Positions 46,146-56,524 of a DNA stretch of 64,000 nt are shown piece by piece (the first letter of the stretch is position 1; the number at the start of each line of letters is the position of its first letter). This stretch comes from Diplonema japonicum. Lineage: Eukaryota; Protista; Euglenozoa: Diplonemea. The stretch is taken from assembly GCA_964019335.1 (NCBI GenBank), contig OZ025653.1, forward strand, positions 124,001 through 188,000. Direction: 5' to 3'. The notes under the pieces are model-generated. The model was not told the origin of the DNA, searched no databases, and saw only the letters and a program-made list of their open reading frames with translations. The translations under genes and the position numbers were made by a program.

Positions 46146-46352
46146 GTGTACCTGTTCTGCTAGAATTACCTCCCAGTATGTTTAGAAAATAGGAAAGAGT
46201 TTCTACGGGACTACACAAATGGGGTGTTTATGTAAGGGATGCGTTCATAGGGGAGGAAGGAACATATCTATAAAAGAAAGAAGAAGGAAAGAGAAAGAGG
46301 AAAGGTGTGCATGGTGTTTACCCGTATCTCTTATTGCAGGGACACGTGCACA

Positions 46353-46814
46353 TCAGTACGAAGCATGCACCTGGTTGTGCATCAAGGCAGGGGGGAGCCT
46401 CGAGGGCCTCGTGGGTGCCGCTTGTCTTGAGGGCTGGGCAAGCGCTGACGAAGGTGCCGATGTGAATGCATTCTTGGGGCGGGTGCCCGTTGCACTCGGA
46501 GGCTGGGGAGGGTTCGGCTTGCTTGTGTTGTGATGGCTCATGCCCAAGTACTGGGGCTGGATCTGGCGCTGTTCCACAGCAGGGGCTGGAGGGGACGCAG
46601 GACGGCGCTGCACCTGCCTCTGTACCTGCTGAGTAGGCCTCTCATACACGTGCTGTGCGGGCGGCTGGTACTGAACCGCCTGCTGAGCTGGCTGCTGCAC
46701 ATGACCCCTGTCAGCACCCGGTTCCGCCCTCCCCTTGCCAGGCCTGTCGGGCCTACTAGGTTTGTTGCTTCCGGGGTCTGTCATGGCACACGCGGGCTGG
46801 GAATTGAACATCAT
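46353..46814 (-). CDS. Small Pro/Gln-rich hypothetical protein
   Basis: GC-rich open frame between two genes on the common strand. Low complexity. Confidence 0.5.
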   Translation of the reverse strand: MMFNSQPACAMTDPGSNKPSRPDRPGKGRAEPGADRGHVQQPAQQAVQYQPPAQHVYERPTQQVQRQVQRRPASPPAPAVEQRQIQPQYLGMSHHNTSKPNPPQPPSATGTRPKNAFTSAPSSALAQPSRQAAPTRPSRLPPALMHNQVHASY

Positions 46815-46940
46815 CTTTTTACTCAGTCTTTTCCTGTGCTGCTTTAGTATTAGAAATACAATCATTGTGAACGACTCACTTAGGTGACTGTCGAAAAAAA
46901 AGAGGGGTGTATGATGAGGAGCTCCACCCAAACGCTAGTT

Positions 46941-48401
46941 TCACTCGTCATCGTCAAGCAGGATAGCAATGATGTCGTCGGCATCCTTCTGCGTGAGACC
47001 CTTCTCCTTGTCCGTGCGCACCCATCTAGCCTGCAATACTTGCATGAGCATGCCTCCCCTTCCGTCAATAATGTCCTCGTCGTCCAGCACCGCCCACTCA
47101 TCGATCTCATCACCATGGTCTTGCACATACCGCAGGATCTGACCTGCACGGCCGGCAGAGTCCTCCAGCAGGGTGGTCCATTCTGTGAAAGGGGCTATGG
47201 AGTGGTCGCAGAGTGCGTTTTGCAACTTCACACGTGAGTGCTCGAACATCCTCCATGAGCTTGACAGCACGATCTTCGCGTGGCCTCTTTCGACAATCTC
47301 CTTCAGCAAGCGCATGCACGTTGGGTTGAAGAGGTGTGCTGAGTCGGATACGCCGTTCACCAGCTCGAGCCGCAAGGGGTGCAGCACACCGTCGACGTCT
47401 AGGAACAAGACGTTCTTGGGAGGCTTTTTCATCGAACGGTCGCATGCCGGGAGCAGCGCGTGCACATCCGGGTGGCTGATGGCAACAGCAGCGGATAACG
47501 CAGCCACCTGGTCCGCGTCGTACGCAGAGATGCAGGGCCACAGACCGGGCAGCTTGTAGCCCGGGAGGCTGTTTTGAGTATAGGCAATGGTGTCCCCAAT
47601 GTTGAGGACAGCATGCCACCACCCGGTGGGGACCCAGATGGTCTCGCCAGGACCTTGCACGACATCAATCATGCCGAGAGACTTCCCCTTGCCTTGGTCT
47701 ACAAGGGTCTTCTGGTAGACGTCGAGCCACCAATGCGTCACAGGGTCGCTCTGCGTGCCCGGGTGGAGCTCCGACTTGTCAACAGAAGGCGGAAAGAGGA
47801 CCCAGCGTTTGTGCCCAGAGAGGAGGGTGTTGAAGGCACAGGTGTGCTTTGGGTCGATATGCACGTGGGTCCCTGTGCGGTCACCACCGATGACCATGTA
47901 CCTGTAGACGGGGAAGAAATGGCGGTAGCCCTCGTAGACATCATCGGTGAAGAGGGGGGGGAGGGCTACGTCCTGGAGCAGCCCTGCTCGGGAGTCCTCG
48001 AAATTGTCACCGAAACAGTACCACGGGTAGTCGGAGTCATTGGCTGACGCGTAGCGGAAGTACTCCTCAAAGCTGATGCGGAGAGGAAGGGGCTTCCCCA
48101 TCCCGTTCGCAGGGCACATCTCTGTCACCTTGAAAGTCGTCTCCCCATAATGTTCGAGGAACGCTTCCCTGTCTTTCCACTTCGTTCTCGCAGGCCATTC
48201 CTCAGCCAGTCCCTTGAGGATGCACGGCTTGTCACTGAACCTTTCTACAAACTCTTCCTTATTAATCCCTTCAAGAATCTCGACACCACTCTTCGCAACA
48301 GGGCTCAAACCTTTCATCAGGTTCTTCTCCTTTACGCACCTACTGCTGTCGTTGTGAACCTGATTGGCATTCAGGTACTCCCATACCGCCTCTGTGTTCA
48401 T
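46941..48401 (-). CDS. JmjC (JMJD6-like) 2-oxoglutarate oxygenase fused to a HAD phosphatase of the Swiss-Army-Knife RNA-repair type
   Basis: JmjC: 'KPCILKGLAEEWPA', 'TGTHVHIDP', 'GHKRWVLFPP', 'QGPGETIWVPTGWWHAVLN' (HxD...H triad intact). HAD: 'LFLDVDGVL', 'KIVLSSSWR', 'RAGQI', 'WAVLDDE', 'VRTD..KGLT'. ATG 48401 follows CCCAG|G. Confidence 0.88.
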   Translation of the reverse strand: MNTEAVWEYLNANQVHNDSSRCVKEKNLMKGLSPVAKSGVEILEGINKEEFVERFSDKPCILKGLAEEWPARTKWKDREAFLEHYGETTFKVTEMCPANGMGKPLPLRISFEEYFRYASANDSDYPWYCFGDNFEDSRAGLLQDVALPPLFTDDVYEGYRHFFPVYRYMVIGGDRTGTHVHIDPKHTCAFNTLLSGHKRWVLFPPSVDKSELHPGTQSDPVTHWWLDVYQKTLVDQGKGKSLGMIDVVQGPGETIWVPTGWWHAVLNIGDTIAYTQNSLPGYKLPGLWPCISAYDADQVAALSAAVAISHPDVHALLPACDRSMKKPPKNVLFLDVDGVLHPLRLELVNGVSDSAHLFNPTCMRLLKEIVERGHAKIVLSSSWRMFEHSRVKLQNALCDHSIAPFTEWTTLLEDSAGRAGQILRYVQDHGDEIDEWAVLDDEDIIDGRGGMLMQVLQARWVRTDKEKGLTQKDADDIIAILLDDDE

Positions 48402-49527
48402 GGTGTCCTGGGAGGATGCAGTGGGAAACAGAACCAAAAGAAAAGGAAGATAAAAAAGCACCCGGCCTTTCTTTGCTGCTAAATACAAATAAAAAAAATA
48501 AAATAAAAGTACGTATAAAGAAAAGACAGAAGAGTAGTATAAAAAAAATTGAAAAGGGGCCCTTTCTCCCGCCTCCCCTCCCTCCCCACGTTCTTTCACA
48601 TGTTCCTCTAAAACCTCATTTTGATTTGTCGGTAGCTCCTTTTCTTTTTTTCTCATTTCCATAATATCTCTCTTGTGAATTCAGAGGATGCACACAGAAA
48701 CGAATGGGAGGAAAGGGGAGGGGGGGGAAATAAAAAGCTTTAACCCTTGAAGGACGGGAGAAAATCACGGGAAAAAAAAAGCTTTTAAAGGTGTGGAGCA
48801 TCGATTCGTCTACAAGTTTAGGCCTTTCTCTGGACACAATGCTCTTTTCATTCTGCCGAAATGCAAGTATCTTCTCAATATCAAAGATCGTCATCCTGTG
48901 AGATCATCTGAAAGTGCAGAAAAAAAATTGATTCTTTTTTTTTTAGCTGATTTTATTAGGGTTAAAAAAACAAGCGCTGGAAGGGGCAGGGGGGGAATAG
49001 CTGAAACGAAAAAAAAAGGGGGGGGGAATAGCTATTTTTATTCACAACAAATAATGAAAGCTAAGCCACTCTTTTGAAATAAAAAAAAGAGTCCACTCGA
49101 GGCCTGCAGCCTCGCGACTTTATTTTCCTTCCATACTTTCTTTTTTTTCTTTCTTTTCTTTTTTTCTTTTTAAATCTTATTAAAGACAGTGTCATTAGGC
49201 GTGGATAATTTACATTCTCCTCAATTCTTAATTGTACCCCTACCTGTCCGCTGCGGTTTCTCCTCCCTTGGTGGACTTCTGGTGTAGTGAAAAGTAAAAC
49301 TGAGGGTGAGTAAATAAATAATAAAAAGAATAAGAAGAACGAAACGTGGAAAAGCTGGGTCACAACTCTCCTCTAATTCTCGAGGAAAAATTGTGGAGGG
49401 GAACTAAGCGGGACAAAAAGAGGCTGGGGGGTAGTCTTACCTAGATGTCGATGCCTCGCATGCAGGCTTGCTGCCTGCCTTCCGGCGTTGTGTAAAAAAA
49501 AGAAGAAAAAAAAAACCTTTCCTGAAT

Positions 49528-49654
49528 ACATGTCTTGTTGTTCGCACGAGCAAAAAAAGACCTCAAAAAGCTGCTAAAGCTCTTTGCTCGGCAAGTTGCA
49601 TGTAGTTGAAAGATAAGAACATTTCCCTTTAAAAAAAAGAATATTTGTGACACG
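49528..49654. repeat. Dispersed hairpin repeat, subfamily A diverged copy
   Basis: Aligns with 37094-37225. Stem CGAGCAAA/TTTGCTCG is retained. Followed by an A run. Confidence 0.75.
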
Positions 49655-50133
49655 AAAAAAAAAAAAAAAGATTGGCGCTCTATTTGTTTGTGCGCCACAA
49701 GCGTTATTTCATCTAATAAAAATTACTCATTGCGCCTTAACTAGTTTAGCCCCAACAGAATTGTTAACCGGTGGGGGAAAAAAAAATGGTGGTCTGGTGG
49801 TCAGTTTCTTCTTCTTTTTAAAAAAAAGGGGGGAGAAAATACAAACAGGGGGGGGGGGCACGTCCTTTTTTCTCTCATTCCCCCCCCCCCCCCCCCTTTT
49901 CCTGTATCCAAAAAAGAAAAAAATATATGAGTTAAAGGAGGTTTTTGTTGAGACCCTTGTTCTCACCCGCTACCCCCCTTCAACAGCGGTTCCTTTTTCC
50001 TTAATGAAATCAATATAGAGCAAGAACGCTGTGATATGGGTTCGCCTTTCGGGGACCTTCCGCTATTTCTTCTTCTTTCTTTTTTTTCTTCTTCTTTTGG
50101 TAATCTTCTTTCAGTCCTTTTCAGCCGTCAGTC

Positions 50134-52198
50134 TCAGCCTCCTACCAAAGCCGAGAGGTGCCAGGTTCTTGAAAGAAGGAAAAGAAGAAATGAAATGCAA
50201 CAAGGAAAAAACGAAAACGAAAATAAAAAGGGGCGGATATCCCCTCTTCTCGCATTTACTTCCCTTTCGTTTTCTTTTTCTTTCTTCATGGACCTACCAA
50301 GGGGCTGCTCCTGCGGTGGGTTTTCAAAAAGAAGGGAAATACAAAACATACACTTTGTAAAAACGGCCCCCTCTTGGGAGTGGCCCTCGTCAATAGGCGA
50401 TGAAGGCGAAAAATACGCCGGTGGGGCAGGAGGGAGTGGGGGGAGGGGGGGGGACTGTTCCTCCATCTCGGCGTAGCTCTCTTCTTCTTCCTCTTCCTTG
50501 TCGTCTTCATGTTGGAATACAGCACTGGGGATTGAAAATGTGTATCGAAAAAAAAAAAGTCACTCACCTTTTGTCTCCTTCAGTCTCCCCAAACGCCACT
50601 GCAAGTTGTTCTTCAAGAGTGGGGTACCTGTGAAAATCAAAAACCCACAACTTCTTCCATACTGTTCCATAGCGTGCCTTCGCATCTCGGTGGCCATCTC
50701 AGGGTTTGCAAGCATTAATAGCTGTTTTTTTTTTTTTTTTTCCCCTCGACTTTTTGTTTCATACTCTGAAGTCTTCCGCTTTCAGCATGAAAAGATCGCA
50801 AAACTCCCTCGTTCTGATGGTCGCCGAACGCTTGCTTCTGCACAACAAGGCGATCTCCCCAAAATGCTGTCCTTCTTTCAGCGTGCACACCGTCTTCTCT
50901 ATGAGGGTGCCGTCTTCCAAAGGGAAGTCAATGATGACCTCCAGCGAGCCTTTCGAGATGAAGTACATCTCCTTCCCCATCTCACCTTTCGTCACAACAC
51001 GCGTGTTCGGGAGGCACACCAACGGCCGCAGCACAATCGCCAGCTGCCGAAAGAACTGTTCATTCGCGCCCTCAAATAGCGGGACCTTCGCCATCATGTC
51101 TTTGCAGATAAAGGACGAGATCTCTATCTTCAGATACTGCGGCAGGTCGTTGACGGTCGCGACGGAGTCAATGCCCTGCCTTGAGCGCCACATGAAGTCA
51201 TAGTAGGACCGCACCTTGTTGGACAGCTTGGGTGGGACTGCCCGAAGGTGGAAGAACTCATTGATGTGCTCTATCTTCTGTCGGTACCCGTTCTCGATGG
51301 TGTCGAGGTTCAGCACGATGCTGCCCACTGTGCCGATCACAACCACGTACATCACGACCCCCACCGACACCACGATGAACGAGAACAGCGACTCAATCGC
51401 AGTGTGCGGCACCGTCCCTCCGTAGCCCACCATCGTCACAAGTGCCCAGTAGTAGGCTTGAAAGTACTTATCCCACATGGACCATAGCACTTCGTTGTTG
51501 AAGTCGTTGAGGCCGACCCATTTGCTGGCTTGGCTCCATCCTTCTAAACGTATAACCTCCAACCACAGGCAGGCGATCCAGTGCGCAGTCAGGAAAAAGA
51601 GAAAGACAAACTTCCCCAACCTAATAAGCGACGGGTTTATATCAGTGAGATTCTTCTCCATTCTGCCCCAGTAGAAGTTGAGGCGGAAAAATCGAACCAA
51701 CTTGTTCAACCGAAGGAGTCGTGTCTCTTGGCTGTTGCCCTCGGCAAGGAGGAAGAATAGGTCCAGAGGGAGGGCACCAACGACATCAATGGTGAACCAG
51801 CCTCGTAGGTATTTCTGCCGGATGAGTGTGTGGATGTTGACCTGAACGCCTTCTTCCTCGAAAGGGAGGTAGAAGTTAAACAGGACTTCTAAGATGAAAA
51901 GCGTGTCGCCAGCATACTCAAACGTCGCCAGCAGGATCTCAGCTAGCTTGTAGCTTGGCCATGCGCCTCGTGCCACGAATACTGCAAAGGGTGCTGCAAA
52001 CATGTTGTAAACAGCAAATAGAAGTAGGATCGTTTGCCACTTCACCTGCTCCTTGCACAAGAACCCGGAGAATAAATCTGCGAGATCTAGGTCGGGCCGC
52101 TTGTAATCCACCGTCCGGGCATAGAACCCCAGATCCACCTCTTGTGCCTTTGAGTTGTGGTACATCACCAAGGCCTTCCGAAAGACTTCCCTCATCAT
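50134..52198 (-). CDS. Cyclic-nucleotide-binding-domain ion channel (CNG/HCN/KCNH-like); 3' end uncertain
   Basis: S1-S6 segments, S4 'RLLRLNKLVRFFRL', 'HWIACLW', pore 'YWALVTMVGYGG', C-linker, CNBD 'GQHFGEIALL...RSATI'. Introns 50722-50764, 50628-50662 and 50525-50567 extend the frame into an acidic/Pro-rich tail. Confidence 0.88.
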
Positions 52199-53294
52199 CT
52201 CTGACTACTGTCTTTCCTTTTTTTCTTTTTTCTTTTTCTTTTTTGATTTTCCACGATCCTTCTTTGTCACATATTGCAGCACCGCCCCTTCCCCCTCCCC
52301 CTCTTCAAAAGCCCTGGTTTTTTTTTTTTCTTTTTTTTTTCTTTCCCCCCCCCCCCGAATAATAAGAATGACAAGAAAAATATATAACAAAAACAAAAAA
52401 ACAAAAAAACGAGAGGAGGCGGGTGGTGTCTCTTTTTGCCAGAAAAGGACAAAAGAACAAGCTGGGTACACAAAAAGAAACAAAAATAAATAAATAAACG
52501 TGACAAAAAAAAAAACGGGGTGCGGTTAGACTTCATAAGAAAAGAATCGCTGTAGGCAATTCCTTTATTTTCTTCTTCCCTCCCTGTGTCAGATCTCTTT
52601 TCACCCCCCCTTATCTATCCCCATGTTTTCTTTTGCGTCTTTTGCAAAGCTCCCATGGACCGCTTTAGCTAAGTGTCACAATGCTGTACTCACCTTCTCA
52701 TTAAAAAAAAACTTAAGTTCGTTATGCCGCACAGAAAGGGAAAGGAGCCATCGAATCCTCTGTACAAGAGTAAACACAGAGCCGGGTGTCGCGACCACAC
52801 CCTGAAGCACTACAGGACAAGGCCGTTTTTCCTTTTTTACACCCCCCCTTTTTTTTCATTCTTTTGTTTCTTTCTCTCCTTTTATTAAAACGTTAAAAAC
52901 TGAACAGAAGAGGAAAAAAAGAAAATAGCTAATTACCAAACAAATTAATCATGAGAAATTCTTTTATCACGGCCATTTCTTTTCTTTTTTTCTTCTTCTT
53001 TTTCTTCCTTTCTTTTTTCTTCTCAGCGAGAGCCGTAGACGGTGAGTATAAAAAAAAAAAATACAGTTTGTAATCATTTGGTAAGTAAGTTTTATTTAAT
53101 AGCTCTTTGGTGTCCCGTATTCTAGGTGATGCCTCTTACTTTGTTACGTCATAGTAAAGTAAGTTTCAATTTCGCCGCTTTTGCCCACGCATAGAAAAAA
53201 AACATTTTTATAAACTGCCCTAAACCTACTAAACATAGTAAAACTGTGGCTTATCAGAGGCTTTCTCTTTTTTTTTCTTCCCCCCCCTCCCCAC

Positions 53295-54182
53295 TCAACA
53301 CACTGATCGCTTTTTAGAGACATAATTGCTATTAGGGGGCCTCTCTGTGTATAATGTTCTGACGATCAGCTCATCGATCCAATCTGCATCGCCGAGCCAG
53401 TACAGTTCTACAGTGTGGAGCTCCATCTTGCCACCTAGCCCGGCATCGAGCGTGAGGTAAGGGTTTGCAGAGTGGTACCGCGCCTCATATGCCTTGGAGA
53501 GCGTCGCTTCCATCCGTTGGGAAAGGGTTAGACAAGGTATGGGGTCGCTGAGGCCCAGGGCTTCAACACGCTCCCATAGGGTAAAGGGTAGTTCCTGTGT
53601 GCGGATATTCGCAGCAGGGGACATGTAACCTCTTAAGGAGACTTCATGTTCCTTCAGTTGTTCCAAGAAACCTCTATTAGGATGGACGATAGGCCGGCGG
53701 GTCTTGACGTGAGCGTAGGCAGCACGAAGAGGCATTCCATGGTATTTCATCAGGTATGCAATGCAGCAGCAGCTTCCTCGTGACACACCCGCTCTGCAGT
53801 GCACGAGGATCTTTCCTTTGAATTCTTTTGCGTCCAAGATGTGCTTGAAACCTATTTCTAGAATATCGGTCATTCTGGTGCTGGGTGTGTCTTTTATTAA
53901 AATCTGCTTGAGTTTCATTTCCGCCTCGACCTCTTCTGGTAGGCCGCGTTTCGTCAATGTTAGAATATGGGTGATGCCCTTTTCCTTCAGCAATTCCAAA
54001 TCCCTTGCACACGCGAGGTTTCCCAGGTACAGGTATTCTGTCAGCTGTGAACAGTTCGCTTGTACCTTCAACACACCGGGGATTGCTTTTAGGGTGTTGT
54101 CTGTAACTTCCACCCAAGCAGGGTCCCATTTCTTTATGTCTAAATTGTAAGTTTGCTCTATAGGTGGCTGTGGGGTCGCCAT
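53295..54182 (-). CDS. Dual-specificity protein phosphatase
   Basis: 'YLYLGN', 'GITHIL', 'IKD', P-loop 'VHCRAGVSRG', 'AYLM', 'RP...PNRGFLEQL'. Confidence 0.9.
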   Translation of the reverse strand: MATPQPPIEQTYNLDIKKWDPAWVEVTDNTLKAIPGVLKVQANCSQLTEYLYLGNLACARDLELLKEKGITHILTLTKRGLPEEVEAEMKLKQILIKDTPSTRMTDILEIGFKHILDAKEFKGKILVHCRAGVSRGSCCCIAYLMKYHGMPLRAAYAHVKTRRPIVHPNRGFLEQLKEHEVSLRGYMSPAANIRTQELPFTLWERVEALGLSDPIPCLTLSQRMEATLSKAYEARYHSANPYLTLDAGLGGKMELHTVELYWLGDADWIDELIVRTLYTERPPNSNYVSKKRSVC

Positions 54183-55569
54183 GTATTTTATTTATTTTCT
54201 TTCCCTCTCGCTTTCTCTCCCTTTTCTTTTCTCGCCACCCTCCCTTACCTCCTTTGTTTTTGTTATATTTTCTTTTTTTTTTTTAAAAATATAGAAATAT
54301 AAAAAAAAAAAGAGGGTTGCCGATAAAAAAAGCAAAAAAAAGCGGGGGGGATAAATCTGACGAAAGAAAAACCTTTCTTTTCTTTTCTTTTCTTTTCTTT
54401 TTTTCTCTGCATATCGCAACATGCTGCCTCTTTTGTTGTTTCGTTGTTCTCGCTTTTTTCTTTTGCTCCCACTTTCAGATGATTCTTTAGAAAGAAAAAA
54501 AAAGGGGGGGGGGAAGGGAAGCACAGGTTTATTATTCACCACCAAGAAAAAAAAAAAGAAGAAAAAAAAAGAGGAACGGCTGTTTTTCCCCAAACATGGC
54601 AAAATGACTCCTCTGGGTCATCTTGTGCCCCCGCCTAAATAGCTTTCTGACGAAAATTCTTTTGGGTGCGGCCGGTTCTTCAAAAAGCCACTGTGCGTCA
54701 TCACCTCTAACCAAACCGTTAAAGCACGAGATGCGCCGAATGTGAGAAGTGACACACACAATTATCTTTTCTACTTTTTCTTAATTTCTAATTTCTCTGG
54801 GAAGGGGGGAGTAGTAGTAAAAAACTTCGTCAAGAAATGGTTTTTTTTTACTCTTTTCTTCTTTTAAAAAAAAACCCCCCCCCATCACTTCTTGACTATA
54901 AAATGCTGCGTTTTACAGTATCCTAAGAAGAAAAAAAAAAGAGACAAAAAAAAAAAGAAGAAAGGGGGTGAAAAGGAAAGCAAGGAAGAAGAAGGGGAAA
55001 AAAAAAAAAAAAAAATGCCCCATAATAGGAAGTAACTTAAAGAAGTAAAAAGAAATACATAACTGGATAGTAGTGATAAAAGCGGGTAAGGAAAGAGGGA
55101 AGGAGAAGAGGGCTTGAAGAAAGAAGGAAAAAAAATATACGACGAAAGGAGACAGAAAGCACTTTACATTTTTCTTCTTTTCTCCATGTCTTCGTTTCGA
55201 GAGAGTGGGAAGAAAAGAAAAAAAAGGGTGTCCTTGAAGGGAACCTGCAGTATGTGACAGGATCGCCTAAAAAGAAAAAAGAAAAAAAAGGGGGGGAGGA
55301 GAGAAAAGGAGAACAGTAACCCCAGAACCGGTGTTTGAGGGGCCTCCCTTGACGTCCGCCCTAAAAAGAAAAAAAATAACTATTTATTAAATAAAAATCA
55401 GATTACCTGATTTTTTACGAGGAATTTTCTTTTTCACGAGTAGTTGAATTTCACGAGCGAAGCGAGTGACCTGTAGAAGGATGAGCCCATCAATGCTACC
55501 ACTACTCTTTTTAGCAATAACAATTCATTATCAATATATTGTTTTTCTTGTTCATGCAAAAAAAAAAAA

Positions 55570-55701
55570 TAATTCTTTATGACTATATGTCTTTGTTGTT
55601 CGCACGAGCAAAAAAGGTTTTTAAAAAGCTGCGAAAGTTTTTTGCTCGGCACAAGTTGCATGTAGTTATAAAATCATTTTTTGAAAGATAAATATTTGTA
55701 A

Positions 55702-55702
<1 letters not shown>
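55570..55702. repeat. Dispersed hairpin repeat, subfamily A copy 2
   Basis: Near-identical to 37094-37225. Followed by ~39 A. Confidence 0.85.
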
Positions 55703-55742
<40 letters not shown>

Positions 55743-56346
55743 AGGGGTGTGGTGTAAAGCAACCCCAATTTCTTCTTTTGAAAATAAGAAAAAAAAACCC
55801 CCCAAAGCCGCAACAGGCAAGGTAAGAATAACAATAAAATAAAGTAAAAAGAAAATAAAAAATAAAAAACTATGGGGCAATAGTGGATCTTTCAGAAAAA
55901 AAAAAAGCTTGAAACTAACCCTGGGGAGGGGATTGGGATAAAAGGGAAACACAATAAGTATGAGAAACAACAAGAAAGGGCTTTTCTAAGGTAGGAGAGG
56001 GGCATTTTGTCTTGCTGGAACATGTGACAAAATGCTGTTTTTTTTTTTTTTTTTTTTTTTTTTTTTGTCTGTCGCGCAAAAAAAAAAGCTCCCCCCAAAA
56101 AAAGAGAATAACCGGGAAAAAATTAATGTGTGTGTGTGTGTGGGGAGGGGGAAATGGGTAAAAAAAAAAAAAAAAAAAGAGAGAGAGAGTATGATTCATA
56201 GGGTAATTCTTTTCTTCTTTTTTCTTCTGTCACACACAGCGCGGTTTATAACCACTCTCAATTACATTTACAGAACGTACGGAATTTGCCAATGGTCTTG
56301 CGTCTGTAGCGCACTAAATACCCTGAACAAAAAAAAAAAAAAAAAA

Positions 56347-56524
56347 GAGGAACTGGCCGTTGTTTGTACGTGCCGGGAGGTCCGCGTATTGGACCAGATC
56401 ATCCCAGTCTAGTGCCGTCATATTTTGTTTGTACGTGCCGGGTAAAACCTGGAGAAGTTTGTCAACCCGAAACACGTTGCCAACGTTCCCCTTTTGTTTA
56501 GACAAGTCAAAGACTCGTTCTTGC
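56347..56524. repeat. Dispersed hairpin repeat, subfamily B copy 2, with 47-nt insert between 18-bp direct repeats
   Basis: TTGTTTGTACGTGCCGGG occurs at 56360-56377 and 56425-56442. It occurs once in the copy at 42047-42153. Confidence 0.85.

Noticed and set aside
56360-56442. CRISPR array
   Set aside because: Only two 18-bp repeats, no cas genes, and a eukaryotic locus. It is reported as an insertion with duplication instead.
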